Origin: a virus
Reading direction: 5' to 3' (one strand)
IMG/VR virus record: IMGVR_UViG_3300023210_000015
Span: 1 to 64,000 of that record
DNA: 64,000 nucleotides
Of the stretch, positions 35,455 to 45,355 are shown one piece after another. A program made the position numbers and the translations under genes. Every line of letters begins with the position of its first letter. The first letter of the stretch is position 1. The notes beneath the pieces are model-generated. The model was not told where the DNA came from and searched no databases. It saw only the letters and a program-made list of their open reading frames with translations.

Positions 35455-36213
35455 ATGATCCGTCGTAGATTAAAACACACTCACACCCGCAAAAGGGCTT
35501 CTGTACGCTTTTGGAATAACGCTCTAAAAAATGTACCATGCTTTCTTGTAGGTTGTGGTCCATGGTTAGAAAATCAACCCACTGGGCTATTAAAAGATTT
35601 TTTTACTATTGGAATTAATAGCTGTTATCTTAAAATAGACCCTACTGTTTTGCTTTGGCAAGATATAGAATTTTGGTATAGTGCGAAAAGAGATATACCG
35701 AAATTATCTGCATTGAAATATTGTCGTGACACTTCTGATCCATCTGGTACTTATTATTCATATCGATTGACACCCGGTTTTTATAAAATACCGAAAGACG
35801 CATCTCAATTGCACGGGAGAGGGAATTCAGGAGCATTAGCATTTGAATTGGCTTATATTCTAGGATGCAATCCCATTGTTTTAGTTGGATTTGATTGTAG
35901 ATATCAAGGCACCAAAACAGATTTCTATGGGGCAAATCCGCATCATAAACAACATACGCTAAGACAATGCCAGAATGCTCTAAAGTGGATAAGAGATGAA
36001 AGCAGTAAAAGCCAACAAAAACAGAGAAAAATAGATATCATTAATTGTTCTAAAAATACAGTATTTGATGTTAAATATAAATTACGTGATGCTGTGGACA
36101 TGGTGCAGGAAAGATACTCTATGCTAGGTCGTGATTATTTCGTATCTAAAATTTTAGATAATGCTGCGCGGAAGAGGGAGAAAGAGATGAATAAAAGAAA
36201 AAACTCGTCTTAA
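35455..36213 (+). CDS. DUF115/Maf-like glycosylation-associated protein
   Basis: CFLVGCGP.L, TIGIN, NSG..A.ELAY.LG..PI.LVGFDC, IINCS. Confidence 0.65.
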   Translation: MIRRRLKHTHTRKRASVRFWNNALKNVPCFLVGCGPWLENQPTGLLKDFFTIGINSCYLKIDPTVLLWQDIEFWYSAKRDIPKLSALKYCRDTSDPSGTYYSYRLTPGFYKIPKDASQLHGRGNSGALAFELAYILGCNPIVLVGFDCRYQGTKTDFYGANPHHKQHTLRQCQNALKWIRDESSKSQQKQRKIDIINCSKNTVFDVKYKLRDAVDMVQERYSMLGRDYFVSKILDNAARKREKEMNKRKNSS

Positions 36214-36269
36214 CAGTCGGTGAAAGTTCAAGTCCTATAATTGCCAATTAAAAATAGAAAGGTTTGTTT

Positions 36270-37745
36270 ATGAGTAAGGATAAAGAGTCTAAAGTCAAGG
36301 AGTTGGAAACATCTCTTTCGGAATGCAGTGGAGAAACAGATACTACGGGTTTTAACGAGTTGCAAATTGTAGCTCGTAGTTTGGCGTATTCACCAGTCAA
36401 TAAGCTTCACGATGGAGAAAATGATATCAAAGTCAAAGATTCCACCTTGGGTCAATTCGCCAGATTGTTTGAACGATTTGATAAGAGAGATTTTAGGATT
36501 AGCAAATTTTTCGCCGGATATAAACATCAAAGTCTTTATGCCTTTTTGACACCTTATAGGAATGGTGTTTTGCAATATGTCTTAAGCGATTTTTTGGAAT
36601 TGAAAGGATACAAGATATTGCAAACTATGAGTTCTGCGTATGCCGACGAAGAAGAGACAAAAGTTGCTGAGATCAAATGCGATGTCGATGAAACATTCAA
36701 TGTATATCTAGATGCAACCATTTTGTGTTATAATCCAGAAAATGAAGGACGCATTTGCATTGAAATCACTCTAGATCAACATCGTGGTGGTGTGTCTTTA
36801 ATGATATTCTTTAATGATATTGCAAAAAACTTTTGGAGCGAATGGCAAGAGTACGGAAAAAAGAAGAATTTTTACAAAGGCAAAAAAATCAATGCTATGT
36901 GTGATTTTCTTGAGTTGAATAAGGAAATCACTTGGGAAGATGTGATTGTTCAAGATAAAATAAGGAATAAAATTAAACAAAACGTAGAGAATCTTTTTAC
37001 GTATATAGACATTTTACAAAAAAACAAAGTCACGGTAAAAAGAGGAGTTATATTAGCTGGTCCACCAGGAGTAGGAAAAACTCTAATTTGTAAGGTATTA
37101 ATTCAGGCTATTAAGGACATTACAGTATTATATGTTCTTCCATCTCACTTGAAAAGCGCTATGGATGTTTCTATGGTGTGTGAGATGGCAAGAGATTTAT
37201 CTCCTACATTGATGGTAATAGAAGATATAGACTTTTTGGCAGAAAGCAGAAATACCAATCCGTTTGGTGGTCTTACTGTAGAGTTGATGAATCAGATGGA
37301 TGGTGTTGAGAGTTTCGACGGTGTTGTTACGTTGGCTACAACTAATATGCCAGAGAAAATCGAAGAAGCCATCAAGAATCGCCCTGGCAGATTTGACAGA
37401 GTAATACAAGTAGACTTGCCAGATTCTAAAGACAGATTGAAGATGCTTAAGAAGTTTACACAACGATTTATATTAAAAGATGTGGATTTAGAATCTATTG
37501 CAGAAGAGTGTAATGATATGAGCGGAGCATACATTTATAATCTCTGCGAGACTGCCGCTATCTGTGCCGTGGATGAAAATAGTATTGATAAAGATGAGAA
37601 AATTATCATTAATAGCAAACACCTGAAAGAAGCCATAGCGGAAATCAAGGATAAAGATTTTTCTCAGTGGGCAAACACCGAACGATCTGGTGGATTCGGT
37701 TTTGGTAAAAAGGGAGAAGATGTGCCAGAAGAACCGTATGACTAA
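36270..37745 (+). CDS. AAA+ ATPase
   Basis: RGVILAGPPGVGKT, MVIEDID, LMNQMDG, ATTN.PE.IEEAI..RPGRFDR. Confidence 0.92.
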   Translation: MSKDKESKVKELETSLSECSGETDTTGFNELQIVARSLAYSPVNKLHDGENDIKVKDSTLGQFARLFERFDKRDFRISKFFAGYKHQSLYAFLTPYRNGVLQYVLSDFLELKGYKILQTMSSAYADEEETKVAEIKCDVDETFNVYLDATILCYNPENEGRICIEITLDQHRGGVSLMIFFNDIAKNFWSEWQEYGKKKNFYKGKKINAMCDFLELNKEITWEDVIVQDKIRNKIKQNVENLFTYIDILQKNKVTVKRGVILAGPPGVGKTLICKVLIQAIKDITVLYVLPSHLKSAMDVSMVCEMARDLSPTLMVIEDIDFLAESRNTNPFGGLTVELMNQMDGVESFDGVVTLATTNMPEKIEEAIKNRPGRFDRVIQVDLPDSKDRLKMLKKFTQRFILKDVDLESIAEECNDMSGAYIYNLCETAAICAVDENSIDKDEKIIINSKHLKEAIAEIKDKDFSQWANTERSGGFGFGKKGEDVPEEPYD

Positions 37746-37905
37746 AATTTTTTTTCAATCACAAGTTTGAATAGAGTATCGAGTTACATAAAGCAATTTT
37801 TATTGTTGTGTTAACCAAGAAGGAATCTTATCGAGACTGTTAAATAAATCGTTGTGAAGCAGACTCAAAGTTTCTATCTCAAATTTAATGCAACAAGGAG
37901 ACATA

Positions 37906-40900
37906 ATGGATCACCCCGAAATTTATACGCACAAACAGGCATTCAATGCCTCTAAAGAGTATTTTAATGGCGATGAATTGGCTGCAAAAGTGTTTGTTGA
38001 CAAATACGCGCTAAGAGATGGCAAAAAGAATTTATTAGAACCTACACCTGACTATATGCACAGGAGAATAGCAAGAGAGCTTGCAAAAATAGAAAGCGAG
38101 AAATTCAAAAACCCGCTTTCTGCTGAACAGATATTTGAATATTTAGATCATTTCAAGAGAATAATTCCACAAGGATCGTTGATGTATGGCGTAGGAAATA
38201 CATATCAAATAGTTAGTCTTTCAAATTGTTATGTTATACAATCTACGCCTGATTCATATGGTGGAATCTGCAAATCTGATGAGGAAATAGTCCAAATTTC
38301 CAAGAGGCGTGGCGGAAGTGGTGTTGATATTTCTTTCTTGAGGCCAGATGGTACAGCGACTACGAATGCGGCAAGAACAAGTACAGGTATCGAATCATTT
38401 CTTCAAAGATTTTCTAACGCAGCACGAGAAGTAGGACAGGGAGGACGCAGAGGCGCTCTTATGGTTTCTCTTAGTGTGCATCATCCAGAGATATTGAAAT
38501 TTGCAAAAGTCAAAAGGAATTTAACAAAAGTTACTGGGGCCAATATTTCTGTAAGATTGTCTGACGAATTTCTTAATGCAGTTGATAAAAATGAACAATA
38601 CGAACAAAGGTGGCCTGTTGATTCCAAAAAACCAAAGATTTCCAGAATGGTTAATGCTAGAAACGTTTGGAGACAAATCATTGAAAATGCTCATGCTATG
38701 GCTGAACCTGGTCTTTTGTTTTGGGACAATATAATAAGAGAATCTCCTGCTGATTGCTATAGCGAGTTCGGTTTTAAGACGGTTTCCACAAATCCGTGCG
38801 TCACTTCTGATACGTGGGTGTTGACGAACAACGGCCCAAAACGAGTTGTGGATTTAATAGGAAAAAAATTTATAGCTGTTATAGACGGGAACCTCTACGA
38901 TTCCACCAATGATGGTTTTTTCTTAACAGGTACGAATAAAAATCTTCTATTAATTGAGACTAAAGAAGGTTATTGTTTAAAATGCACACCAGAACACAAA
39001 ATTAAAGTCATTGAGTTTGTTAATAGAAAAAAAAGACAAAAATGGGTTGAGGCTAAAAATTTGCAATCTGGTGACGATATTTCGCTTGGCAATCATAAGG
39101 GTTTTACTTGGAAAGGCGAAGGAACTAAAGAAGAAGGATGGTTGATAGGAAGTCTTCTTGGAGATGGAGTTTTTTGCGAGAATACATCCAAGTTGACATA
39201 TTGGGGTGAAAATAAGTTCGAGATGCTAGAAGAGGCGACCAGTTTGGCAAAACAAAGTTTTAATTGCAGATCAGATATCGGAACTGCATCTGCAAATTCT
39301 ACAAATGTAATCAACAGGGATTTAGTTTCTATAAAATGTAAAGCTTTATCGGAAACTTCACAAAAATATGGATTAGAAAAAAACAAGGATTTGCTTAAAA
39401 CAATAGAAGAAAAAAGTAGTGATTTCTATAAGGGATTTTTATCCGGCTGGTTTGATGCGGACGGAACGGTTTTAAACCAAAAAAAGAAAGGTTTTTATGC
39501 GGTTCGTTTGTCTTCTGTGAAATTAGAAAATCTTGTTATAGCCCAAAGAATGTTACACCGTTTGGGTATGGCATCGACCATATACAAAGATAGAAAAAAA
39601 GCTGGACCAAGGGAACTTCCAGATGGAAAAGGTGGTTATGCTTTTTATGAATGCAATGCGAATCATGAACTTCAAGTAACAAAAGATAATTTGAAAGAAT
39701 TTTCATCATTAATAGGATTTAGGGACAAAAACAAACAAAATAAATTGGATGATATTATATCATCTTTTACGAGAGGTCCATACAAAACTGCTTTTACAGG
39801 AAAAATAAAATCTGTCACAAAGGTAGAGAATGAGGATGTTTATGACTGTACTATTCCTGAGATATCTGAGTTTGATGCGAATGGGATACAGGTCCACAAT
39901 TGTGCGGAACTCCCATTGAGCGAATTCGACAGTTGCCGATTGTTATTGCTTAACGTCTTCAGTTATGTCAAAAATCCATTTATGTCTAATTCATATTTTG
40001 ACTATGAAGAATTTACTGCTGATGCTAAAATCGCTCAACGACTGATGGACGATATTGTGGATTTGGAGCTAGAACATATTGAAAGAATTATCAATAAAAT
40101 AGAAGCAGACCCAGAGGAAGATGACATAAAACATAGGGAATTGACTATATGGAAGAAAATTTATAAAACGTGTAAAGCCGGAAGACGCACTGGTACTGGT
40201 GTGACAGCCATTGGTGATACTTTGGCTGCTTTGGGAATTCCATACGGAAGCAGAAAAGGGATTAACGCTGTTGAGAAAATTTACAAAACACTTAAATTGG
40301 CGTGTTATAGAAGTTCAGTGGATATGGCTAAAGAACTTGGGCCGTTTAGCGTATGGGATGCCAAATTGGAGCGTAAAAATCCATTCTTATTACGCATTAA
40401 AGAAGAAGACCCGGTACTATACAAGGATATGCAGATATGTGGCAGACGCAATATAGGCATCAATACAACCGCTCCTGCTGGTAGTGTAAGTATTTTGACT
40501 CAAACGACTTCTGGCATCGAGCCTTTGTATGAAGTCGGGTATAAGAGAAGGAAAAAGATTAATCCAAATGATAAAAATGTCAGAGTCGATTTTATAGATA
40601 AGAGTGGAGATGCGTGGGAAGAATTCAGAGTATATCATGCCAAAGTCAAGGACTGGATGAATATTATGGGCAAAGAAAATGCTGAAGGTTCTCCGTGGGA
40701 GGGGTCTTGTGCCTACGATATCGATTGGAAAAATAGGATAAAATTGCAAGCTGCCGCGACAAAGCATATTGATCATAGTATCTCTTCTACAATTAATTTA
40801 CCAGAAGACGTTACAGTAGAAACAGTTGCTTCTATTTATGAAATAGCGTGGAAAAGTGGGTGCAAAGGAATTACCGTGTATCGTAAAGGTAGTCGTGATG

Positions 40901-41466
40901 GTGTTCTAATAGACGACACCAATGGCTGTTCTGTTGATAACGAAAATACAATACAAACTCACAATGCTCCAAAGCGCCCAAAAGAACTTCCTTGCGACAT
41001 ACACCATTTAACTGTTTTGGGAAAAGGGTATTTGGTTTTTGTCGGTTTGCTGTCTGGCTATCCATACGAAGTATTTGCCAAAGAAAACGGACAATTACCA
41101 CGTTCCACCAAATTTGGAGTTATCAAAAAAGTAAAACGCGGACAATATAAAGCAATTATTGAAGGCGGCAAATATGTTATTGAAAATATAATGGAAGGCG
41201 GGGGTGCCATGGAAGAAGCTGTCACTAGACTTACTTCCGCTTCATTGAGACATGGTGCTGACATTTCATTTATTGTGCATCAATTAGAAAAGGCTCATGG
41301 AGATTTCTTATCATTTGAAAAAGCTATCGCTAGAGCATTAAAGAAATATGTTAAAGACGGTACAGAAGTTACCGGCGAAGGATGTGAAGAATGCGGCAAT
41401 GACGAATTGATCCGCGAGAATGGATGTAAAATTTGTAAGAACTGCGGCTGGACCGCGTGTTCATAA
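37906..41466 (+). CDS. nrdJ: Class II (B12-dependent) ribonucleotide reductase with an intein
   Basis: SLSNCYV, KRRGGSG, QGGRRGALM, EPGLLF, TNP|C...N|CAELPL, TTAPAGS, SGIEP, SISSTINL, KGITVYR; C-terminal Zn ribbon. Confidence 0.92.
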   Translation: MDHPEIYTHKQAFNASKEYFNGDELAAKVFVDKYALRDGKKNLLEPTPDYMHRRIARELAKIESEKFKNPLSAEQIFEYLDHFKRIIPQGSLMYGVGNTYQIVSLSNCYVIQSTPDSYGGICKSDEEIVQISKRRGGSGVDISFLRPDGTATTNAARTSTGIESFLQRFSNAAREVGQGGRRGALMVSLSVHHPEILKFAKVKRNLTKVTGANISVRLSDEFLNAVDKNEQYEQRWPVDSKKPKISRMVNARNVWRQIIENAHAMAEPGLLFWDNIIRESPADCYSEFGFKTVSTNPCVTSDTWVLTNNGPKRVVDLIGKKFIAVIDGNLYDSTNDGFFLTGTNKNLLLIETKEGYCLKCTPEHKIKVIEFVNRKKRQKWVEAKNLQSGDDISLGNHKGFTWKGEGTKEEGWLIGSLLGDGVFCENTSKLTYWGENKFEMLEEATSLAKQSFNCRSDIGTASANSTNVINRDLVSIKCKALSETSQKYGLEKNKDLLKTIEEKSSDFYKGFLSGWFDADGTVLNQKKKGFYAVRLSSVKLENLVIAQRMLHRLGMASTIYKDRKKAGPRELPDGKGGYAFYECNANHELQVTKDNLKEFSSLIGFRDKNKQNKLDDIISSFTRGPYKTAFTGKIKSVTKVENEDVYDCTIPEISEFDANGIQVHNCAELPLSEFDSCRLLLLNVFSYVKNPFMSNSYFDYEEFTADAKIAQRLMDDIVDLELEHIERIINKIEADPEEDDIKHRELTIWKKIYKTCKAGRRTGTGVTAIGDTLAALGIPYGSRKGINAVEKIYKTLKLACYRSSVDMAKELGPFSVWDAKLERKNPFLLRIKEEDPVLYKDMQICGRRNIGINTTAPAGSVSILTQTTSGIEPLYEVGYKRRKKINPNDKNVRVDFIDKSGDAWEEFRVYHAKVKDWMNIMGKENAEGSPWEGSCAYDIDWKNRIKLQAAATKHIDHSISSTINLPEDVTVETVASIYEIAWKSGCKGITVYRKGSRDGVLIDDTNGCSVDNENTIQTHNAPKRPKELPCDIHHLTVLGKGYLVFVGLLSGYPYEVFAKENGQLPRSTKFGVIKKVKRGQYKAIIEGGKYVIENIMEGGGAMEEAVTRLTSASLRHGADISFIVHQLEKAHGDFLSFEKAIARALKKYVKDGTEVTGEGCEECGNDELIRENGCKICKNCGWTACS
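38797..39900 (+). mobile_element. Intein with LAGLIDADG homing endonuclease at the RNR active-site NPC.E motif (368 aa)
   Basis: Starts CVTSDTWV and ends IQVHN before C; blocks LIGSLLGDG and FLSGWFDADG. Confidence 0.92.
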
Positions 41467-41491
41467 CTGATTTAGAGAAAAGGAGATAGAG

Positions 41492-41989
41492 ATGATTTTA
41501 AAGTTTAAAAAGTTACACGAGGATGCAGTTATACCAAAATATCAAAAACCTGGTGACGCAGGATTCGATTTTCATGCACTTATTAAACAGGACTATGACG
41601 GCAGTTGGAATAAAGCAGTAGACAATGGTAATGGTCCTGAGTTTGTGGTGGCCATACCACCTAAATATCAATTTGTTATTAAAACAGGTTTAGCATGTGT
41701 CGTAGAAGAAGGCTATGAAATGCAAATTAGACCTAGAAGTGGACTTGCATTTAAAAAATGCATTACAATTACCAATAGTCCGGGAACTCTTGACAGTGGA
41801 TATCGCGGGGAAATTATGATAATTTTATATAATCTTGGCGAAGAGACATTTTATATAAAAAACGGAGACAGAATTGGCCAAGGGGTTATTTCCCCTGTTG
41901 TGCAACCAGATATTATACAGATCGATGAATTTAGTCGAGAAGACATGGATACTGATCGTGGTGGAGGTTTGGGTAGCACCGGCGTATAA
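41492..41989 (+). CDS. dut: dUTPase
   Basis: AGFDF, QIRPRSGLA, NSPGTLDSGYRGEI, GDRIGQ, RGGGLGSTG. Confidence 0.95.
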   Translation: MILKFKKLHEDAVIPKYQKPGDAGFDFHALIKQDYDGSWNKAVDNGNGPEFVVAIPPKYQFVIKTGLACVVEEGYEMQIRPRSGLAFKKCITITNSPGTLDSGYRGEIMIILYNLGEETFYIKNGDRIGQGVISPVVQPDIIQIDEFSREDMDTDRGGGLGSTGV

Positions 41990-42004
41990 TAAATGCCTAA
42001 AATT

Positions 42005-42032
42005 AAAGGGTTCTCAGTTTATATGACGAATA
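42005..42032 (+). promoter_or_regulatory. Representative copy of the recurring AAAGG-N18-GAAT promoter motif
   Basis: Similar motif in intergenic DNA at 13748, 18840, 21284, 22075, 33170, 37819, 47278, 51127, 63446 (+) and 24856-24882 (-). Confidence 0.65.
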
Positions 42033-42069
42033 AATAATTGGTTATATATAATTTGAGAATTCTTTTTTT

Positions 42070-44961
42070 ATGGCATTAGGAGCTAGCAATACAGTCTTTT
42101 TCTATCGAGACGGTGACCCCGACAGTTTAGCTGTCGCGGAATATTATCGTGATTCTCGTGGTCTACCAGCAGATCAAATCGTTCCCATTGTTTGTTCAGA
42201 TATAGAGATATTAAATAGTTATGACTTGTTTAGAGCGGAAGTTGAATTGCCTATTTTCAATTCTTTGAATTCTGCTCCATTAAATGCTAGAGATATTTAT
42301 GTCTTGATTCTTGGTTATAATGTGCCTGGTGGATTTTATGAACCAGGAATACCACCAGTACCACCAGAACCAAGCAGCAGTTCGTCTAGTTCTTCTACCG
42401 GTCCAATTGAAAGTAGTTCGTCTATCACCAGTTCTAGTAGTTCTGCTGTCGCTGGGAGTTCTAGTAGTTCTGCTGCCGCTGGGAGTTCTAGTAGTTCTGC
42501 TGCCGCTGGGAGTTCTAGTAGTTCAGGAGGTTGTATCGGTGATAAAGAAGTTACAGGCGATTTGAATGAACCGGAAGCTATTGGTTGTTATGACGAAGCT
42601 GGCACTATTGATGGGAAAGATTATTTTGCCGGTGGTGGAACACCACAATGGTTTATCGTCTTTAATAGCGGTGCTGATGCATGGTTTATATCGACCAATA
42701 CGACTGATCCGGACACTGTTGGCAGATATTGGATGGGCGATGATCCACCAGGCACAAATGCTAGTCCGAATGGCACTTATAATCCAGGCGGTACGGCAAC
42801 CGGAGTTGCAACCGTGACAGACGGAGCGCTGCCTCTAATCGTTGACCCAGGAAGTGGCTTTACTAGTTCTGGCGATATAATATCTTCAGTTTCACGAATC
42901 ATGAGAATAAATGCCCCACTTCTTCCAGATGAAGAAAACTATTTTTATGGTCATAAAACCAGTACATTATTCCAAGATGGCGATGAGGACTATGCTTACG
43001 TAGTTTCCAGAATTGATGCCCCAAGTGTTGCTTTGGCAGAAGAGATGATTGATAAGGCCGCTGAGATAGAAAATCAAGGCGTTATTAATGGCAAATTTTT
43101 CTTAGACCCATTTTTTGGGATTTCTAGTAATTCATATTTGACTTATCAAAACAATCTTTTGACTTTCGCTGCTCATACGTTTCCTAATCTGCATCTGCCG
43201 TTAGTGATGACGAATCTCGAAGACCCTTACGTAGATACTGTTTTTGCTTGTATAGAACAAGATAGCTTCTATTGGGGCGGCATCGCAGATTATGCTAATA
43301 ATATTTTCTATGGTACAGATACAAGCAGAATGTTCTTCTACAATACTGATACCAATCCAGCTTTGACTGTAAGAACATTAATTGAAAACTATTGGGTTGT
43401 AGATGCTCTTAATAATGGTTATGCTGCTGCGGCAGGAGCGATGTCTAGCATGATCCCAAGTAGGTTCTTAGATGCTACTGTATTCTTCGAAACTCTATTA
43501 ACGCAACACGGAACAATTGGAGAAGCATTCTTATTCGCTTCACATTATGTTCAAACTCCACTGACATTTATCGGTGATCCGTTAACAACAGTTGTATTCC
43601 CGGCTTCTAATCGTGATCCGTCTGGTGTTCCTAATCTGTACTGTAGTTTCTTTGGTGGCGAAAAAGCACCATATCAAATGACATTGGATTTCTCTGACAT
43701 TGAGATATCAGATGATTGTTTGACTGACCCATCCACTGGTGATAGATTTTATGTTAGTTCTGTTAATGCTGATATCAATTGGATACATTCTGTATCTTGG
43801 GTCAGCAACTGTAGATGGGAAACTACAATTCCTAAAGCAGTTACTACTGTAAGATGGTTTGCTCCTATAACTGAGTCTGACCCATGTAGTAATTTGCCAA
43901 GTACGTCTTTTGATGGAGAAGTCGTAGAACACGATTTAATTGTTTCAGCAGAGATACAAAAAGTTCTCTCATCTGATAAAAGTTATTATTTAACAATTAA
44001 AATACAAAGTAGTGATGGGAATATCACATTCTTTGAGGGTGGTAATTATTATACGTTGGGACAAGATTTAAAAGGATTTGTATTAGAGAATATCAATAAT
44101 ACCGCTTCTATAGATGGGAACACGATTATTATAGGCATCGGCGGTGATATCGATCTAAATGATACCTATTTCATCGGAGATATTGAGGGATATGCATTTG
44201 AGCCAACGGAAGCAGACATATGGCTTCAAACCAGCATAGAGTTAGCAAAAGCCGTCGCTAATTTCAATGAAAAAACAGAATTGACGGCTGAAGCATTCTA
44301 TAAAATAACTTTGAGCATGGACATCCCAACAGAAGTAGATATGCTCTACCCATCGCAGAGATTGGCTATAGGAAATAATACTGATAGGAGAAAGTCTTGG
44401 TTCTATGCCATGACGGAATATCTATTGACGTATGGAAAACAAAGATTTATAGAAGATTATTTGAAAGTGAATCCTGATGAAAACAAAAACATATTAACAA
44501 TGAATGAATTTCTTGGAATGGAAGGATACAAAATCAGTGAACAGTTATTGGATGTATTAGGGGAGGACAGAGAGGAAATAGAAGAGAAATACATATATCC
44601 TGAAGGATTTTGGACTTATGAAACTCCTTTGGCAGATGCGGCTGCTGCTGTTGCCTATTATTATTTTGAATTGGATGTAGCCACAGATACCGATTTCAAT
44701 AATATTATATTCTCGTTTGATAGTGCAGCCAATAGAGTAGGATGGAGATATCAAACAGGAATAGATGAAGATGGGCAACCTATATTCGACATTGTTCCGT
44801 TATCAGGTGTGCCATACAGTGAAATAGGTTCCATGATTAAATTCGAAAGTCCAGAACAGTATTATCTGGATAGAAATGTTATATATTATTATAGATTTAG
44901 ACAAAAAACAAATACAACCAATTACCCATACACAACATGGAATGGTGTAATTTATACTTAA
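42070..44961 (+). CDS. Large acidic protein with a TIGR03790-like domain and Ser-rich linker, probably structural
   Basis: DPDSLAVAEYYRDSRGLP, VVSRIDAP, GTIGEAF..A, FIGDPL. Confidence 0.6.
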   Translation: MALGASNTVFFYRDGDPDSLAVAEYYRDSRGLPADQIVPIVCSDIEILNSYDLFRAEVELPIFNSLNSAPLNARDIYVLILGYNVPGGFYEPGIPPVPPEPSSSSSSSSTGPIESSSSITSSSSSAVAGSSSSSAAAGSSSSSAAAGSSSSSGGCIGDKEVTGDLNEPEAIGCYDEAGTIDGKDYFAGGGTPQWFIVFNSGADAWFISTNTTDPDTVGRYWMGDDPPGTNASPNGTYNPGGTATGVATVTDGALPLIVDPGSGFTSSGDIISSVSRIMRINAPLLPDEENYFYGHKTSTLFQDGDEDYAYVVSRIDAPSVALAEEMIDKAAEIENQGVINGKFFLDPFFGISSNSYLTYQNNLLTFAAHTFPNLHLPLVMTNLEDPYVDTVFACIEQDSFYWGGIADYANNIFYGTDTSRMFFYNTDTNPALTVRTLIENYWVVDALNNGYAAAAGAMSSMIPSRFLDATVFFETLLTQHGTIGEAFLFASHYVQTPLTFIGDPLTTVVFPASNRDPSGVPNLYCSFFGGEKAPYQMTLDFSDIEISDDCLTDPSTGDRFYVSSVNADINWIHSVSWVSNCRWETTIPKAVTTVRWFAPITESDPCSNLPSTSFDGEVVEHDLIVSAEIQKVLSSDKSYYLTIKIQSSDGNITFFEGGNYYTLGQDLKGFVLENINNTASIDGNTIIIGIGGDIDLNDTYFIGDIEGYAFEPTEADIWLQTSIELAKAVANFNEKTELTAEAFYKITLSMDIPTEVDMLYPSQRLAIGNNTDRRKSWFYAMTEYLLTYGKQRFIEDYLKVNPDENKNILTMNEFLGMEGYKISEQLLDVLGEDREEIEEKYIYPEGFWTYETPLADAAAAVAYYYFELDVATDTDFNNIIFSFDSAANRVGWRYQTGIDEDGQPIFDIVPLSGVPYSEIGSMIKFESPEQYYLDRNVIYYYRFRQKTNTTNYPYTTWNGVIYT
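42430..42524 (+). repeat. 27-bp tandem repeat x3.5 (SSSSSAAAG)
   Basis: AGTTCTAGTAGTTCTGCTGYCGCTGGG units. Confidence 0.9.
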
Positions 44962-44972
44962 GGATTTTATTA

Positions 44973-45353
44973 ATGATTAGCAGTTCTGATTACAAATATG
45001 TTTCTGATCGAGTTTCAGATAACTATACTTTTAATGAAAAGATTAGAGATGCTCTTTTGGCGGCTCTTGGTCAATTGAATCTTTCAGATCGACCTGGGTT
45101 AACTCAAGATGGTTTTGTTCTTGAAGCATTGAAAACAGAGATATCAAACACGTTATATACATACGTTGTTACTGATAGAATTGAGGTATCTGATTTATCA
45201 TTGGATTTAGTATCTGCTATGCAATTGCATGTGACAACCCATTATGGCTCTGTAAATGGTTTTTTAAGCGATAGTGGAGTAAAGGTCAAGCAGGATTTTG
45301 CTGATCTTTCGGAAAGGGCCGGATACACTATAGATTCCGGCAATATAGAATAA
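44973..45353 (+). CDS. Hypothetical protein
   Basis: AAGGA RBS; between the structural gene and the terminase. Confidence 0.6.
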   Translation: MISSSDYKYVSDRVSDNYTFNEKIRDALLAALGQLNLSDRPGLTQDGFVLEALKTEISNTLYTYVVTDRIEVSDLSLDLVSAMQLHVTTHYGSVNGFLSDSGVKVKQDFADLSERAGYTIDSGNIE

Positions 45354-45355
45354 AT